Origin: Podarcis tiliguerta
Lineage: Eukaryota
Assembly: GCA_965153285.1 (NCBI GenBank)
Contig: OZ229111.1
DNA length: 64,000 bases
Direction: 5' to 3' (one strand)
Numbering within the stretch: position 1 is the stretch's first letter; every line of letters begins with the position of its first letter. Positions 20,560 through 35,900 of this stretch are shown here, one piece after another. The translations under genes were made by a program, and so were the position numbers. Below the pieces are notes generated by a model, which made no database searches, was not told the origin of the DNA, and saw only the letters and a program-made list of their open reading frames with translations.

Positions 20560-23500
20560 CATGGTCTTTTGAGGTTTTTATTTTTATACATTTTTGTATT
20601 AAAAAGGAAAAAGCATAATTACCACAAATTACAAAGGACTAAAGCACTACTAGAATAATGAGTCACATCAGCCTAGAAAGCAGATACTCTGAATAATATT
20701 ACTGTTTATAATACAGGCTCTCATTCAAGTATTTTACAATTTGTTTCCTCTTCCTTCCCCTGTCCCCCCTCCCCCTCCCCCAATGTGATGATGATCCTAG
20801 CACATGGGTTAAGATTTACATACTATTAACAGATGGGATTGTGTATGGTGGGCCATATTAACAAGATCTTTTCCTCCCAGGTGATATACGGTAACAGTTG
20901 GTTTAAAAGGTCTCTCAATAATAAATACAGCTGAAAGTGATTACAAACACTTCTGGGGTTTTGTTTTAGCAGAAGGGGCAAGGTTGGAGCATGAATACAT
21001 ACAGGTTTGCTCAGGCAGAGCAAGCAAACCAAACAAACAAACTGATGATTCTTTTCCTACTGTGATGGCGTTATCAGACATCTATACAAAACAATCATTG
21101 CATCTTTTTGCAGGTTCCTCATCTGAAGGGTTGTTTTTTTGTTTTTTTTTAGCAGCTTAACACAACTTCACACTAAGGAAGCTCCAACCACCACCATTTA
21201 AAGCTCAGTGTTGACTTCTGAGTCACAGTTTCATAGGCTGGAAATCCCAACCACCACGGTAGTGCACCACTGCAGGGACAAAGCCAACGATGATAGGAGA
21301 ATTCAGCCATTCCTGTTTTATAGCACATGGCAGTGCTACAGCAGGAAGGCTCTGGTGGGCAAAAGCTTCTGCCAAGGACATTGAAATCCATTTTCCAAAG
21401 GACATCAGTGACCCAGACCACCCTGTTGTACCAAGATCTATATTCTGGGAAGGAGGACAAATAGATACAGGAACAATACCATTGAGGAAATAAACAAAAA
21501 AGAAGGGCAACAGAAGGCCAGACTTGGAAGAACAAAGTCTGTAAAACCAAAAAAGGATGGTTAAACCCATGCCCTTTCGATGCTTCCAACCATAGGGTGT
21601 CCTCATCACAGATACATCGGTCCTATGTTCAAGTGTCTTCAGAAAGTTAAAATGTAAACTAACAGAAATGTTATCCTTAGAATTTTTTAATTTAAAAAAC
21701 CACTTTGTCCAAACCCATGTTGCTGAGATGAAATTTCCCGCCACCCCCCCATAAAACCACTCATATATGAAATTTGATTAAAAAAAATAACTGAGGCATT
21801 TAACAATGTAGCTACCCATCCCTTCTAAAAACCTAGCTGATTTTTAAAAAGTTATTGACAAATCCAAGTTTCAGAAGAGGATCCATATGGAGAGATAATA
21901 GAGCACGGCAGAGTTTGCTGCGTTAACAGATTTGATTGTTTTTGCTTAAAAGAAAAATGAGCAAGGCATGAAAGATGGCTCCCATCCCATTACTCTATTA
22001 AAAACAACAACACAAATGTTATGGCAGAGTACTGAGGTTACTGTGTCATGTGTTAACGGTACATTCAACTAACCAACTAGAAGCAAGATGGACAAGTACA
22101 GAACTGGAGCAACCCAACAGCTGCAAAAGTGGGAGAAGGAGCAGAAAGGGGCTAAGGACAGACTGAGCACCAACACCTAATAAAGGTCACTTACTTTCCC
22201 TGTATGTCCTAAACCAGATTTCAGACCCCCACCCTATTACCCTGCCCAGAGGTCAGCTACCCAGGATGACACTTCTTTCAAGATACTGCTTACCTATAAG
22301 ACTGCTTGAGTTCCCACTGGGAAACACTTTCTGTTTTAACCTGAGTCTCATACATTGGGCAATAGCTGGTGGCTTCCTAAAAACAACACGACTAGAACTA
22401 CCACTGCATGTTTGAGGGACAGGATACCAGTGTCCATTGACTTGGTCTGCTTTAAAAACCAAGACACAACATTGAAACAAAATCGTTACTATACTCTCTT
22501 CCCAAAGTGTAGGGAAACTCTGAACCAGGGTGGTGAAAACTGAGTGTACCAATACCCACAGAGAAAGCTGGATACCATCTTTATAGGAATAATGCTATGA
22601 CTTTCTGGCACTGAACAGCCAAGGCACTGGATGTGCATACTAACAGTAACGTGTCTACAAACACATGCGGCCATTGTCATGTCAAGATGATGCAGAAGAC
22701 TGACCCATCAAGGTTCCAAAAGGCTACGCTCCCTTCAAGTAAGCAAGTACCTTCAGCTTGTCGCTTGAACGGTAGGTAAGAACTTTGTGGTCCAATTTCA
22801 TGGTATATCCTGGGACATCCACAGAGGAATCAATATGAGATTCTTATCTCCTCTTTCCACAAACTAACCCTGCATCTTTAACTGATCTCCTATACCACAG
22901 CAGAATGCTTTTCTACACCACCAGCAATTGTTTTCCTTCAGTTCTTCATCAGCAAAGACAAGCAGCTTATCACTGAAATGAAACAGACAAACCATTTTTA
23001 GAGCAAGACTTCAGCACTCATCGCCACTTGGATGAAAGTTCAAAGACCATTTCCTTTCAAAGATGAAACCTTTAAACAAAAATGCTCTGGTTAATCTCAC
23101 TATGTCATCGAGCCTGAACACATACTCCTGTCTCACAAGCAGCAGTTTCCCAATACATGCTTTGCCTTATTCAAAACTGAATTGTGATCAAGTTACAAAA
23201 GTTAGGATTTCAGCCCATTACCAATTGAAATCCTGCCAAACAAGAAAAACAGCTTCGTTGCACCATGTTGTACTAGCGAAATTAGAAGACAGCAGTAGTT
23301 CTGACTGCCAATTCCATGTTAACATGGTTCTGCTACTGCAATGCACTCGGCGAAGCTCACAGTGGGTATTCTGCCACACCTGGTGAAATGCTCATGTCTT
23401 TTAATGGTACCACAATGAGAGGCTGAGGGTTTGATATAATACAGGATCACAACTTATGCAGCAAAAAACTAGAACCACGGGGCACAAGTTAACTGCATGG

Positions 23501-26163
23501 TCACCCAAGACTGCTCCGTAACAAACTCCCATTAATAGCATGCTTGACACAGCTAAAATGAAATAACATTAGCTAGACACAACAGGCTCTCCTAAGGCAG
23601 TAAGGCCCATGTCCTCAATTATCTACATCTGCAGTACCAACATCCTAGAAGAGGAGTGACAGAAATCAACCACCCTAGCATCATATCCCCTGCATTCCTA
23701 AAGTAAAAAAGTGTTGCTCCAACTGGCTGGGAATAAAAACATCCTTACCTGACACAGGCCTCATTGCCACACTCTTTGCAGCATGTTAAAAATCTGAGAA
23801 ACAGGCCTAGAATGTAACCTCTAAAATGTGTGTTGATGACACACCTCTCTTCCCCTCCCCACCCCTAACAATGGTCTAGGATCCAAAGTAGCGTAAGGGT
23901 GCTCCTTCGCACCCTTTATGGCAATAAGTCTCCACACCCAGAAAAGGCTGTGGGATCCTCCAGAGCAGAGTATGTGAGTGGCTGCAGACAGGAAGGTATC
24001 AGCCTCCAGCATCATGGAAGTGCCTCCAGCATCATGCATTACTGGGAAAGAAGAGTGGAGACTGTTTGGAGCCAGGCCATTGTGTGTAGGACCACATAGA
24101 AATATTGCCACCACCATTCATCCCCACCACCATTCATCCCTCTTTAGAGTCACAGGGCAAGCTTGGGTGGCATAATGACCAAGCAATCGCAGCTCTTCCA
24201 TCTCCTACTAAAATCTCTGGCTTGCAGAACAGGGACAGTACATTAGGCAATATAACAAAATGTAGGAAACAATAAAGCATGTTGTCAGAAACAAGTTGTC
24301 TGTACACATATGCTTCCATCTTCTCTGAAGTTCACTTCTATAGCTCCAGTACCAGCTGCTTTTAAGATGTCAAGAGCCATGCAGTCACACACTGCCAATA
24401 GTCTCAGACTTAGTTCCAAGCAGTTAACCCAAGAGCAGTTAAGTCAATCATGGTGCTTTGTATAAAGTTCTATGACACAGGATGAGTGGACATGGTTCCA
24501 ATACATGAAGTGATTTCATGATGCAAGACAGTCAAGGTGTTGGTAGCTAGAGAAGAGTCTAAACACAGCTGGGTCCTCCGTGGCTACATGGTCAACCCAG
24601 GGAAGGCAGGCAGGCAGGCTAGCATGCCAGTAATTCAAGAGTCTACAGAAAGGGAGGGCCTGCATAGGGAAGTTAACACTTAGCAAGCCACCTCTTTTTT
24701 GGAAACCACCACACACAAAAATCCCACCTCGTTTGCTTTAAAGCTCATTTCTCTGTACACACATTCTTCAACCATATATATTAAAGAGCAAGGATGTGTG
24801 CCAGTGGATCTTCTCTGTGCAATTACCTATTCCTGGCACATCTGCCTGCCTACCATGGGATAGGAAGAGTTCATGAGATCAACAGGCTAGTTCCTGGCCT
24901 GGCCTGGCCTGCCCTGGTGGGAGAGGGAGGAAAATGGCAGTGCACCTGGAGGTCTGAGTGAGGCAATAGCATGTGTAGTTGCTGTAGCAGGAAGGGCACT
25001 AGAAAAGTTGACACATTTACATCAGCACCGACTACACAATAGCAGAAGTCTTAGATTTTAGTGCTCCAGTACCCCCTTCTCCAGAGATAAACTGTCTAGG
25101 TGGCTTGAGACAACATTCACCTAGAAATCAACAGTACTGTTCCAGTCGATGCAAATCACAGCTGGGTCAGAGGGGAGATCACCAGCCACTGCAGACAAGA
25201 GTCACTACTGGACAGGGAAACAGTAGGTATTATCACAGCCCGGATGAGTCCCAAGCAGATGCCATGTTCCAAATTTGCTCAGAGAAGTCAGGGATGCCTC
25301 CAATTTCCCAACTCCACAATAAGGCAACTTATTATTTTCAAGGAAGGAAGCAAAGACAGACTTTTTTTTTAAACAAGTTTTTTGTGGGGTTTTTTTGTTT
25401 TTGTTTTGTTTTGTAAGAGAAAGCTGTTTTAGCGAAGTCTCATCACGAGAGTAGCATTCCTATGTGAGGGGAGACACTGTGCGAGTTTATGTTCTACCCA
25501 TCACACAAAGGAACTGGGCGAGCCCAATGCGAGGTGGGCCCATGTTCAGTTAGGGTCCTTTGGTTGACTTCCAGTAGTCAAGTCTGTGATGGAAAAGGTG
25601 TGCAGCATGGAAGGGAAGCCGTAACAGAAGTGATACTTGTGATGGTGGTAAAGGGACTCCTTGTGCATTGTCATAACCAGAATGACAGGCGCCGGGTGGA
25701 CTTAGAAAGCCGAAGGCAAATTCCAAATGGAACCACACTGTCCGGCCCACCGCCTCCAGCTTCTTTCAAGTGGGCTGCATAGTTGATCGGTGGGATGAGG
25801 AGGAGCTGGATCATGTCGCCGCATGATGCAGAATTGTTTTGGTTTATCCAAACAAACTTCTATCAATAATTTAAAACTTGATATAGATATATATATATTT
25901 ATATTTATAAAAATCTCCCCCTTCCCAACCCTACCCCAGAAAGGCGCTAAGACGTGAAAATGTGTGGATGTGGCTCCAATCAGTAACTTAATCACAGCGA
26001 AGAAAAGGAGGCTTTCAGCTTGCTTCGTCTTGTTTTCCCAGCCAACAAGAGAAATTGTGTGCGTTGTAGTCCCCACCTCTGGTAAGCAGCCTGGTTTGGG
26101 ATGCCCACATTCCAACTCCCTCAAGTGTCCCTGCCCCCTTTCCATTGGAAGTTCTGGTGTGTC
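20560..26163 (-). other. LARP1: LARP1 3'UTR (~5.6 kb, inferred)
   Basis: Between the stop codon (26164) and AATAAA (20577-20582); no recognisable TE. Confidence 0.6.
20577..20582 (-). terminator. Likely distal LARP1 polyadenylation signal
   Basis: AATAAA on - preceded by TGTA and U-rich upstream elements, at the end of a long repeat-free tract. Confidence 0.6.
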
Positions 26164-26409
26164 TTATTTCCCTATTGTTTGCGTTTCTACAGTCGCTGTA
26201 GAAACTGCATGTGGCTGGCTCAGGTTTTTGGCATCCTCCTGCACAGGCTGGCTAGATGAGGTGGGGACTTGGTTGGATGAGACAGAGACTTGATGGGATG
26301 GGGTCTGGGTGACAGGTTTGCTGGAAGACTGAGATGGGTATCGCTTCCTTCCATCGACTCCCAATGCTGCTGGGTATCTCTTGTGGCCACCTTCTTCCCC
26401 TATAGGGGG
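26164..26409 (-). CDS. LARP1: LARP1 last coding exon (PPIGEEG...TQTIGK*)
   Basis: tttcag| acceptor, TAA at 26164-26166. Confidence 0.93.
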   Translation of the reverse strand, partial: PPIGEEGGHKRYPAALGVDGRKRYPSQSSSKPVTQTPSHQVSVSSNQVPTSSSQPVQEDAKNLSQPHAVSTATVETQTIGK

Positions 26410-26860
26410 CTGAAACAGAAAATAAATAATTATGTAGCACTTGGCCATCCCTCTCAAGCATGCTTCATTTAAAGCAAAGGTTTCCCAAATCCTGGTTGTT
26501 CACCAAAAACAAAATAGAAGATAGCTAACAAGCAGGAATTGAACTAAAGGTAATACACAATGTGGATAGCAGCTAAAGTAATGATGCAAAAGTACCATAC
26601 AATTTGGGTTGGGGATAAGTACAGGAGATGAAAGATTCTCCCATACAGAGATAGAAAAGGGAGAGAAGATAAGCAAGTGAGAATACCAGATACAATTAGC
26701 TCTAGTTGTGTCAGCTGAATACAAGGCTTTGAAGAACACCTCTCTGAGTAACAAGACTGCCCTGTGTGTTCTTTTAGGAAGGCTTTTTTGAGATTCTAAA
26801 GCAACGTTTATATAAGGCAATGGACAATATGAAGATATTAGAGGTGAAATTTAAGGAGTG

Positions 26861-26935
<75 letters not shown>

Positions 26936-29900
26936 AAGAGGATGAATGTGAGAGGTGACTGAAATGAATTGGACTGTGCCTCTCAACAGAGCTGTAATCA
27001 GTCCCCATGCCAGTGGATGCTTCTGCTACTGTACTTCCAATTAATCTGACCTACTTCTAGCCACAGGCTACAGAATTAAGTCGGGTTCAGGTTTGCCCTT
27101 GGGAACTGCACTTTGAACTTATGCATTCTTTGCACTATGATTTTCTACCTCACTTACCAGTTTGCAGCAAAGAGATTTTGCTGTGGCATCTGAATTGGAC
27201 AAACTACAGTTATCATAAACCACAGTTTGCCTTCAAGCCAGAATCATTAACCTATTTTTATTTCTGGTGTGGACTATGACCAAATCATAAGATGGTCACA
27301 ATACTAAAACTGGGCAAATGGAGGGGGGTGGGAAAGCACATGGCTCCGGAGATGATTTCTTAATCAGTAAGGCAGCAAAGAGATGGTTCAAGCAGTAATT
27401 TCTCCCCCTTCAGTGCAATACCACAGGGAGAGACTTAGGGTGCTGTTCAATGATGCACAATCACCTGAAGATCACAACAATGAATGCCAACTTTCATATA
27501 GGAATGAGCCATCAGAGATATCAAGTTATATGGAAGTCTGTTACCTCAAACACAATGTTTTAGTAGTGTCCGCGCATTAAGGTTGGATGAGAATTTTGTT
27601 CCATTTTAAAGAGAACCGATCTCATTCACACCTCATAGATCAATATACTGATTAAAACACAAATATCCTTCAAATTTCACACTTATTTTATAATGAGTTG
27701 TAAAATGTGTGCATTTAAATATGCATTCTGTGCTAAAGGATAGGCACAATAACTATTTGATACATAAATAGTTATAAATATAAAAATTTAGGGTTCAGAA
27801 AATGTTTATTAACTGACAAACTAACTTAAGCAGATTTAAATAGGTGGCTTTACTGAGATATTGCATTGTTTATAATATGTGATTATAAAAGTTGAGATTA
27901 TATTTTTTTGTACACCTGAATTTAAGTTAAACTTTTGTTTAAAAGATACATTCACCATGGACCCCCTGCAGGTCTACAAGATGCATCTATTACAAGTGTC
28001 TAGTAGAAAACTACAAGAAACAGTTACTTCTACTTACATCCACTCGGAAGTCTTCAAGGCGTCGGAATTTGCTGAGGTATTCTTGCAATTTGCAATCAAT
28101 GTCCAAGTTTTTGGCTTTGGAATATTTTAAGAAGGCCCAAAACTTTTCAAGCCCATAAAGCTGCCCTATTAAGACAAGGAGCAAAACAGACACAAGTCAG
28201 ACCCTGTCATCAAAGAAGTTTCCAAAATCTCTCATTTAGCAACAGTGGAAGGGAAAAGGAGGAAAGCTGCAACTATCAAGTTTCGGTAAAAAGCTGGAAT
28301 GAATAAACAACGGCAATCTAGTCAAATGTCAGAATAGAACTCTTCTGCAACTACAAATTGCTGCACGTTAACAGTATCTAAACAGTGCTAGAAGCAGTGG
28401 TGCTGAAGGGAAAGAAGAGGGTCAAGAAATGTGCCAGTCCTTTGCTGGAAGGGAGACTTCTCTAAAAGCAAGAAGGGTGATCATGTCCCCACAAGACAGG
28501 CTGCTGTAACATGTTCAAGATCCTTTAATAAAGATTTGGATACCACGCAATGTCCTCAGAACCCCCATTATATTAGGGGTCTGGAATCACAGAAGAATGT
28601 TTTTAGTCGAAAGACAGGCTGAATGATTCAAGGCATCATTCCTCACAGATCACTGCCACCGCAATGGCACAGAAGGAAGCCCCTGGAATACCAGCCAGTC
28701 AGACCCCCCACTTACCAGCTTCATAATCTTTTATAGTTTCTTCTTGGAAATCCTTAAATATGTCAAGTCGGAATTTCTTCTCCAGTCCATAGCTATAATA
28801 TCTGAAAAGGCACTCCAGTCCATACCTGCAAGACCATGACATCCACCTCATCAACATTTGCCTCCAACCGTACCCTTTTCCTCCCCAAGAGCCTTCCACG
28901 CTGCATTTCTCTTCCTGATTAAGTCCCGATAAATTACACATCTCATGTTTCCTGCAGAAGACAAGGGCTCCCCCATATTCACCAATTTAAGCTAGCCCAC
29001 ACTTCTCCTTTCCATCCTTTAATATGCAAGCCACCTTATGGTGGTGCTCTGAAGACACAAGGACCTACCTGTACCCTTCCTTTGCATCTTCCAAGGCCAA
29101 CTGCTTGAACTCTTCGTACATTTTCTTGTTGAAATGATCACGAAGGAAAAACGACCAGAATCTGAAGAGCGTATTCATCTCCTGCGACTGACCAATGCCC
29201 AGTCGCTTCCGCTCTGTTCAAGGGGAAAGAGGCAAACCTCATAAGAACCAGCTTATGGTACACCCAAATTAAAACACTGCATCCTGTCCTGAAAGTGGGG
29301 ATCATAAAATCCCCTGGTTCTCCATGATTCCATCGTAGTATCTCTCCTTTCAAACAAAAAAACCACTGGTATTCTATTTATTCCTTAGCACAGGGAATGC
29401 CCGATCCTTTTCCATATTGGAGTCAAGTATATGTAGACATTCCTTTAGTCTACGTCATCATTCTGCAAGGAGCAAAGACTAGCTACCTTTGAAACTATCC
29501 TATGACTACTGGAAATAGAATGGCTTTAAAATTAAGGAGAAACTAGATTTGCAAGGCTTCAAACATCATATAATATAATCAACTCAGTCACATTCTTGTC
29601 ACAGAACTGTGTAGTACACAGATGTCCTTCCTCCAGATTACTAGAGTCCATGCCTGCTGTAGATCATGCAGATGTGCTGCTCACAGATCACTAAACTTCT
29701 TCAGAAATGCTGAAAAGCAGCTAAATTCAGCACCAGACAGTGTGCTGCAAAACAGACCCAAGAATGCAAGTTTTGGATGCCATCTGATTATCTGCTTACA
29801 TTCTGCTAGAGGAGCACCAGCTATTCCTGCTCTGGTGAGCCTATCATTCCCATTCAGGAAGTATACTATATCATAAACATACAGTTCTAGCATTTGCCTT

Positions 29901-32900
29901 ACAGTCAACTCACATCTTACGCATGGGTTACGTTCTGGGGGTAGTGGGCATAGTCAGAATAACCCCTTGAAATCGCTCCTGCGTAAGCAATCTTACCTTC
30001 TGGAGCCAGCATGCCAAACAGGTCATCCTCCATGCCCCCGGCCCTTTCAGGCCACAGGAGGCTCTCACAAGATCTTGGACAGCCACACAAGATCTCACGA
30101 GAGCCTCCCAGAGCAAGGCAGAGCGCTTAAAAGTTACTTTCACATTGGGAAACCCTGCACAAAAAGCTTTCAAGCTCCCTGCCTTCTGTGCATTTAATTT
30201 GTGTGATTTCAACTGGCAGGCTTCCAGATGCATAAAGCTGAAATTGCATGAGTTAAGTTACGAGTTGACTGTACTAAGAAAAATGATTGCTGTCTTCAGC
30301 ACCAGCTTGACTGCTATCAAGGCCTGCATAAAAGCCAAGTATCTAGACAACTTCAAGTGTATCTATACAACTCACCATTAAGGCAGCGCCGGCGATACTT
30401 GTGGTAGACATGTTGTGTGAAGCCATTCTCCTTGAGGAGTTCGTGGGAGGGGTGCTGGAACTTGGGCAATGATTGTGGAGTGCAGCCATAGCTGCCAATG
30501 GCTGGTGTGCCTTCTGAGGGGCTGGAACTGAGCAAGGAGAAAACACTTGAGTCAGAGCAGTCAGAAGCATTACTGAAGGATTCAGAACGCTACAGAAATG
30601 ACATAAGGTTCAACTAAACTTCAGAAGGGGATTTTCTCTGACTGCAAGCATGTTTCTGAGGAAATGCTGAAAACTAAGTTAATATGGAGAAGAGGGGGTG
30701 AAAAAAAGAGAACTTTTGCAAAGAAATAAATAAATCTGTTTTCATCTGTATCTAATGCCCCCTGCCACCTGTTTTAAAACTTCACTGAGAATTATCAACT
30801 GCCTGTCTTTGTAGTACCTTATGGATGCAGTTCTAGGTCTATGCTCCCGGGAATCCATCACCCAACCAACATGACATTCCATTGGAGGATTTGAACTGTG
30901 CCGTGTCTTCCTCTTCCGGGGCGTCTGCAAGAAGCAGGGGCTCAGTTGACATAATGGAGACTGGTATTTCTTACAGTCTCCAAGTCAAGAAGAATCACAA
31001 ATACATTGAGCATAAGCACATGCATTTGGCATAGGCAAAGCTTTTGGTATGCAAGACTTACCTTGGCATCTATCAACCTGCCTTCCTTAACCACTGGGTA
31101 AAAACGGGGCGTCTGTGTTGGGTCTTTCAGTTGAGGTGTGCGAGGAGTCCTGGGAGTCCTGGCATTGCGATAGTTTGGGGATTCTGGCACAGTTGTTGGC
31201 AAAGATCGGGCAATGGTTGAAGGCTCTGGCACACCAAAGAGCTTATTTGCCAGAGCATCTGTAGGAACTAAAACAACAACACCAAAATCTCTATAGCTTC
31301 TCCTGTATATATGTCCAACAGCCAAATAAACACACTTCTTTCTGACTCTTAATAATCTGCCACAAGGGAAATTATAGTCAGGGCTTTTTTTCCAGCCGGA
31401 ATTCACCTCTCAGGTGGGCGCCATTGCCATTGTAAGAGAACAAGGGAGGAAGTTCATGGTGAGTTCTGGCACCCCTTTTTCTAGAAAAATAGCACTGATT
31501 ATAGTAAATAGGCTTCCGGGGGGGGGGCAGGGAGTGCTTTAAAAATAAAAAATAAAAGCACCACCAAAACAATGGATAAGGACTGTAAAGATAATAAACA
31601 TACTAGAGTAACTTCCTATTTGTTGTTATTTTAACCAGCATGGTCATATGAACCACTGAAATACACACACACACACACACACCCTGTACAATACATAGAT
31701 ACAACATTAAAACACAGTATCAACCAACGCACGCACGCACAAACACACACAAATGAACGAATACAAACAGGTTTTTATATTTCATTCCAAATTAAATCTT
31801 TACAGTCCCAATTAAATCTTTACATTTATCCTCAGTAAATGTTCCCCTCAATTTTGGGGCAGCAACTGCAAATCTCACAACTCTGAAGTAATTATAGTTG
31901 CTAGACTTAGCATGTCCAAACTCTGGAATAACAGAGCAGATAAGAGAATATGGAAATGTAACTTAAATGGTTGGAAGGGTTACAGGGCGAGACCCTCCTG
32001 TAAGCAAAACGATAACGCCGAGCATTCTGCAAAGGGTTTGGTCTCCTACCTTGTTGGAACCTTGGTGGTCCTGGAGGAACTTCCTGATTTGGATCAATGG
32101 GAGGCTCAGGAGTCAAAGTGTCAAACTGTTCTCGGCTGATCATATTGACCTTCTTGAAGTTCTCTACTTCTTGCTGCATTTGGGGGAAGGAGGAATCACA
32201 GAGAAATGAAACGCTTATATCTGGAGGTGGTAGGATACATAATAATAATAAATAAAATAAAATATAGCTTATTATTCCGTTTCGTGTTTTTCCCCTCCCC
32301 ACCCACCACCCCAGGAAACGTCAAATCACAGGCTACATGTGTTAAAGAACAATGCACCAGTTTCAAGTGTGACAAAATCTACAAGTCAGTCCACTAGATG
32401 GTTGCAACATTAAAAAAAAATCTGGTGAAACAGCCACCCACATCACACAAAACTTCTTCTGAGGCAAAGCTTTCTTTATTGGAAGGCAAAACTTTCATCA
32501 ACAATCCCAGTCATGGAGACAACCAGTCGGTCAGCTGAGACCCAACAATAAAAACGGGGTGCCGATTACAAATAATTATATGTGGAACTCAGACATACTA
32601 GAGGCCACTGTATATTGAGTTGAATATATAGAGAATATACAGACAACAACCGTTTTGTGCAGAGGTTGTATTTCGGCCCCGTGCACATCTGTGGAGCGCG
32701 TGCAAGTCTGCTCTGTTATGCGCCACCACTTTTTAAGACCACTTCCGAGTTGCAGCAACTTGTGTGGGCTTTGAATGAGCACAAGTCACTGCCTGTAGGG
32801 GGATTCATTACAACTCAGAAATACAGACCCCCATGTGCAGAGTTTGGCAAGCATAACCAAGCCAAAATAGGTATGGAGATGGTAGACACATTTTTATTTT

Positions 32901-35900
32901 CGTAAAAGGAGCGCACAGCCTAGCCCTCCCTCCAGCTGTTATTTCTACTACTCCTCTTTATTTCCAGCTCACTTCCAGTACCACGCCCTACATTTAAAGT
33001 ACATGGCTTAGCCTAAAGAATTCCGGGAACTATAGTTTTCCCCTCCCCCACAGCTCCAATTCCCAGCACCCACAACAAACTGGTTCTCAGGATTCTGCGT
33101 GGGAGAAACCATGTGTTTTAAAAGTCTGGTGTGTATACACAGCCAGAGCCAGAACAGGGGAAGTGGGGCAAGAGCAACCAATTATGGGAAGTTGAGCCAG
33201 AGGAGGAGAGATGGTTCTGCATATTTCTCTCCCATCTTTTTCATTTACAAGAAGGCCTTGCACCCATAGGCCAGTGAGGCCTGTAGTTACGGTAATTTGC
33301 AATTTCAAACTGCACATTAGGAAACACCTTCTAGTAATCTGTACGTGCTCAACAAAGCCTCCTTAGGCACCCACACCTAACATAATTCCTCTCTGTGAAG
33401 CAAGAAGCAAAATGTATAGTATGCTTGGTCCTGATCATCTTTTTGTAAAGTAAGCCCTCAAGTGGGAAATACAGAAGGATTCTCTGATTTGCTGCAGCCA
33501 GCACTGAACAGCTGCAGTCCCTTCAGCAGCAACTCGTATGTTCCCATCTCAAACATCTGCCACCAGATCATCCAAGGCCAGCCTTAATAAGGACTGCATA
33601 TTTAAGTTGTAGGTCTGTGTTTAGTAGCTGATCTTTGCATGCTCTCAAATGTTGCAAGAGCTCCCTCTGGGAAGCAGCTGAGCAATTACCTCTGGCAGCT
33701 ATTCATTTCTGAAAATAAGAGGCACCACAATCTGCTGGCTGGTAAGCCTGAAAGCCCTTCTTCCTTACCCGGATTACTCAGTGGAAAAGTGAATGACATT
33801 TGGCATGTGCTCAGAGGCACTGTTTCACTGAGTGAATACAGATTCCAGAGCTAGAACAAGCAGGGTTCAAATAAAGTCTTAACAAACAAGTGGCATAAAA
33901 CTGCAAGGGGTTAAGGAGACAAAGTCTTCATCCAGTATGTGCCTATGGACTACACTCATAGAATTTTGCACCTAAAAAGTCAGCTTTGCCAAAATTCACC
34001 ACCCCAAGCAAGGGAAGATGAGACAACAGCACAACAGAAAGTCTTAAAAGCAATTGCTCCAGAGAGGAAGACAAGACAGCACGTGAAAGCATTTGAGGCA
34101 TAATAGGTTGCAAGCACAATGGCAGAATAAAGGCTGAAAATTAAGGGCCAGTTTAAACAATACATCAGAAATGTTTGGGAGGGGAGAATATTACCTGTTT
34201 GATACTACACATACTCAGACGTATATAAACAGAGTATGCCAAAACATGTTAGTTTGTCAGGGACCAGAAAGCCCGCAATGCCAGCATGATAACATGACAT
34301 GCACAAGTACTGTCAATTCAGATTCTAAACAACACATTGTCAAAACTGCACATGTATTATTTTTCAGCAAGTCCAGAATCATGTTTAAAACTAGGCCTAA
34401 GTAACAAAAAAGCACGGCATGGGTGTGATGCAAGGCGGAAGGAAACAATTACGTAGTGTGAAGACTTCTTACAAACAGGTGGTGGTACTTATTGTTTGGA
34501 ATCCATAACCAGGGTTATCATATATTATATATCGAAAAAGATACAATAAAAGAAACTGAACAATACTTTCATACTCAAGATAAAAGCATATAGGAACATA
34601 GTTAATGACTGCTGGTTCCAATTCTATCTTCTTTCATCAGTCACTTCCACACAAAGGAAGCAGAAAAAGGTAGAAGAGACAACTTGCATGTTAGTTATGT
34701 TCCCAGGGCAAACAGATGCTTGTCAGATCCACTGCTTGCAATGTTCCCAACTCAGTTACATATAGGTGGGTTGGCAAGTGATTTTAATACTTTTTGCGCA
34801 AGGCACAAGTAATATTATCTCATAAACTGTGAAAATTAAACCACCGTTGAACTAAAAATATGATCAAGACAAAGTACATACAACCCCTTTTCCCGCTCTC
34901 AGAACACAACCATTTTTGTTTGCGCTACGGTGGTGCACCCCTGGTTCTCACCTTTATCTGAGAGTACTCTGGCTCAAACTGCTCTGTCCACAGATCCTGC
35001 TCATAGTAGTACAGCCCATCATTGATCACCTTAGCCAACTCTGAGCTCATCTTCGCCCTGGATGTGTGGTTGCCCGTTCTATCTCCCCCCGGATGCCGGC
35101 GCAGATAAGGGGGTGTCTGTGTTACAATCAAAATCTTATTCACGTCTCTGTCATCAATTTCGTAGTCTGAATCCTCATCTGACCAATCTGTAAAGGTGTT
35201 TTTTCGGCCATCCATCTGTTCCATCTCCTCATCAAACATGAAGTCCAGCTCCTCAGGCTCATCCTGATCTTTCTGCTTCACTGGCGTTTTGGATTCTTCT
35301 GGTTTCTGGTTTCAAAATACATAATGCTGTTAAGACAGAAGCTGCTGGGACACTGATCACAGAAGACTTAGCTAGGGGATCCTATGCAGCAAAACAACAC
35401 AGGCACAGTTTCAACCTCAAAACAAAGGTCAATGCCTAACAAACCAAACACACCCTGGTCACATAAAGCCCAGCCCACCATATGACCATCTTCCACCCAT
35501 CATGATCCTCCAGGCACAGCAACCCTTCTATAGATGCTCATCCTTCAAGCATAGCAAACCAGCCTTGGGGCCTTAAAGTAGAACCCTGCACAGCTATAAC
35601 TCCAAGAGACGTGAACCAGCATCTAAAGCTCACAAAATTCAATAGTACAAATTACAGAAAAAGGATAGATGGAATTATGAAGTAGTCTGTGTGCAGGAAT
35701 AACTCTTTTGGGAAAGGGCAGAAACACCATCTCCCTACCCAGCATGTTTGACACAACTAAGGAGAGAAAGTGCCACATAAACGTTCTAGAACAGGGGTCG
35801 GCAACTATGGCCCGGGGGCTGGATATGGCCCACCAGGCTCGTAAATCCAGCTTGCAGACCCTGCCACCCGCTCAGTCAGTCCCCGCACTGAGCTAAACCA

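Noticed and set aside
21173-21744. 138-aa and 173-aa minus-strand ORFs in the LARP1 3'UTR
   Set aside because: No recognisable domain or splice context; lengths compatible with chance
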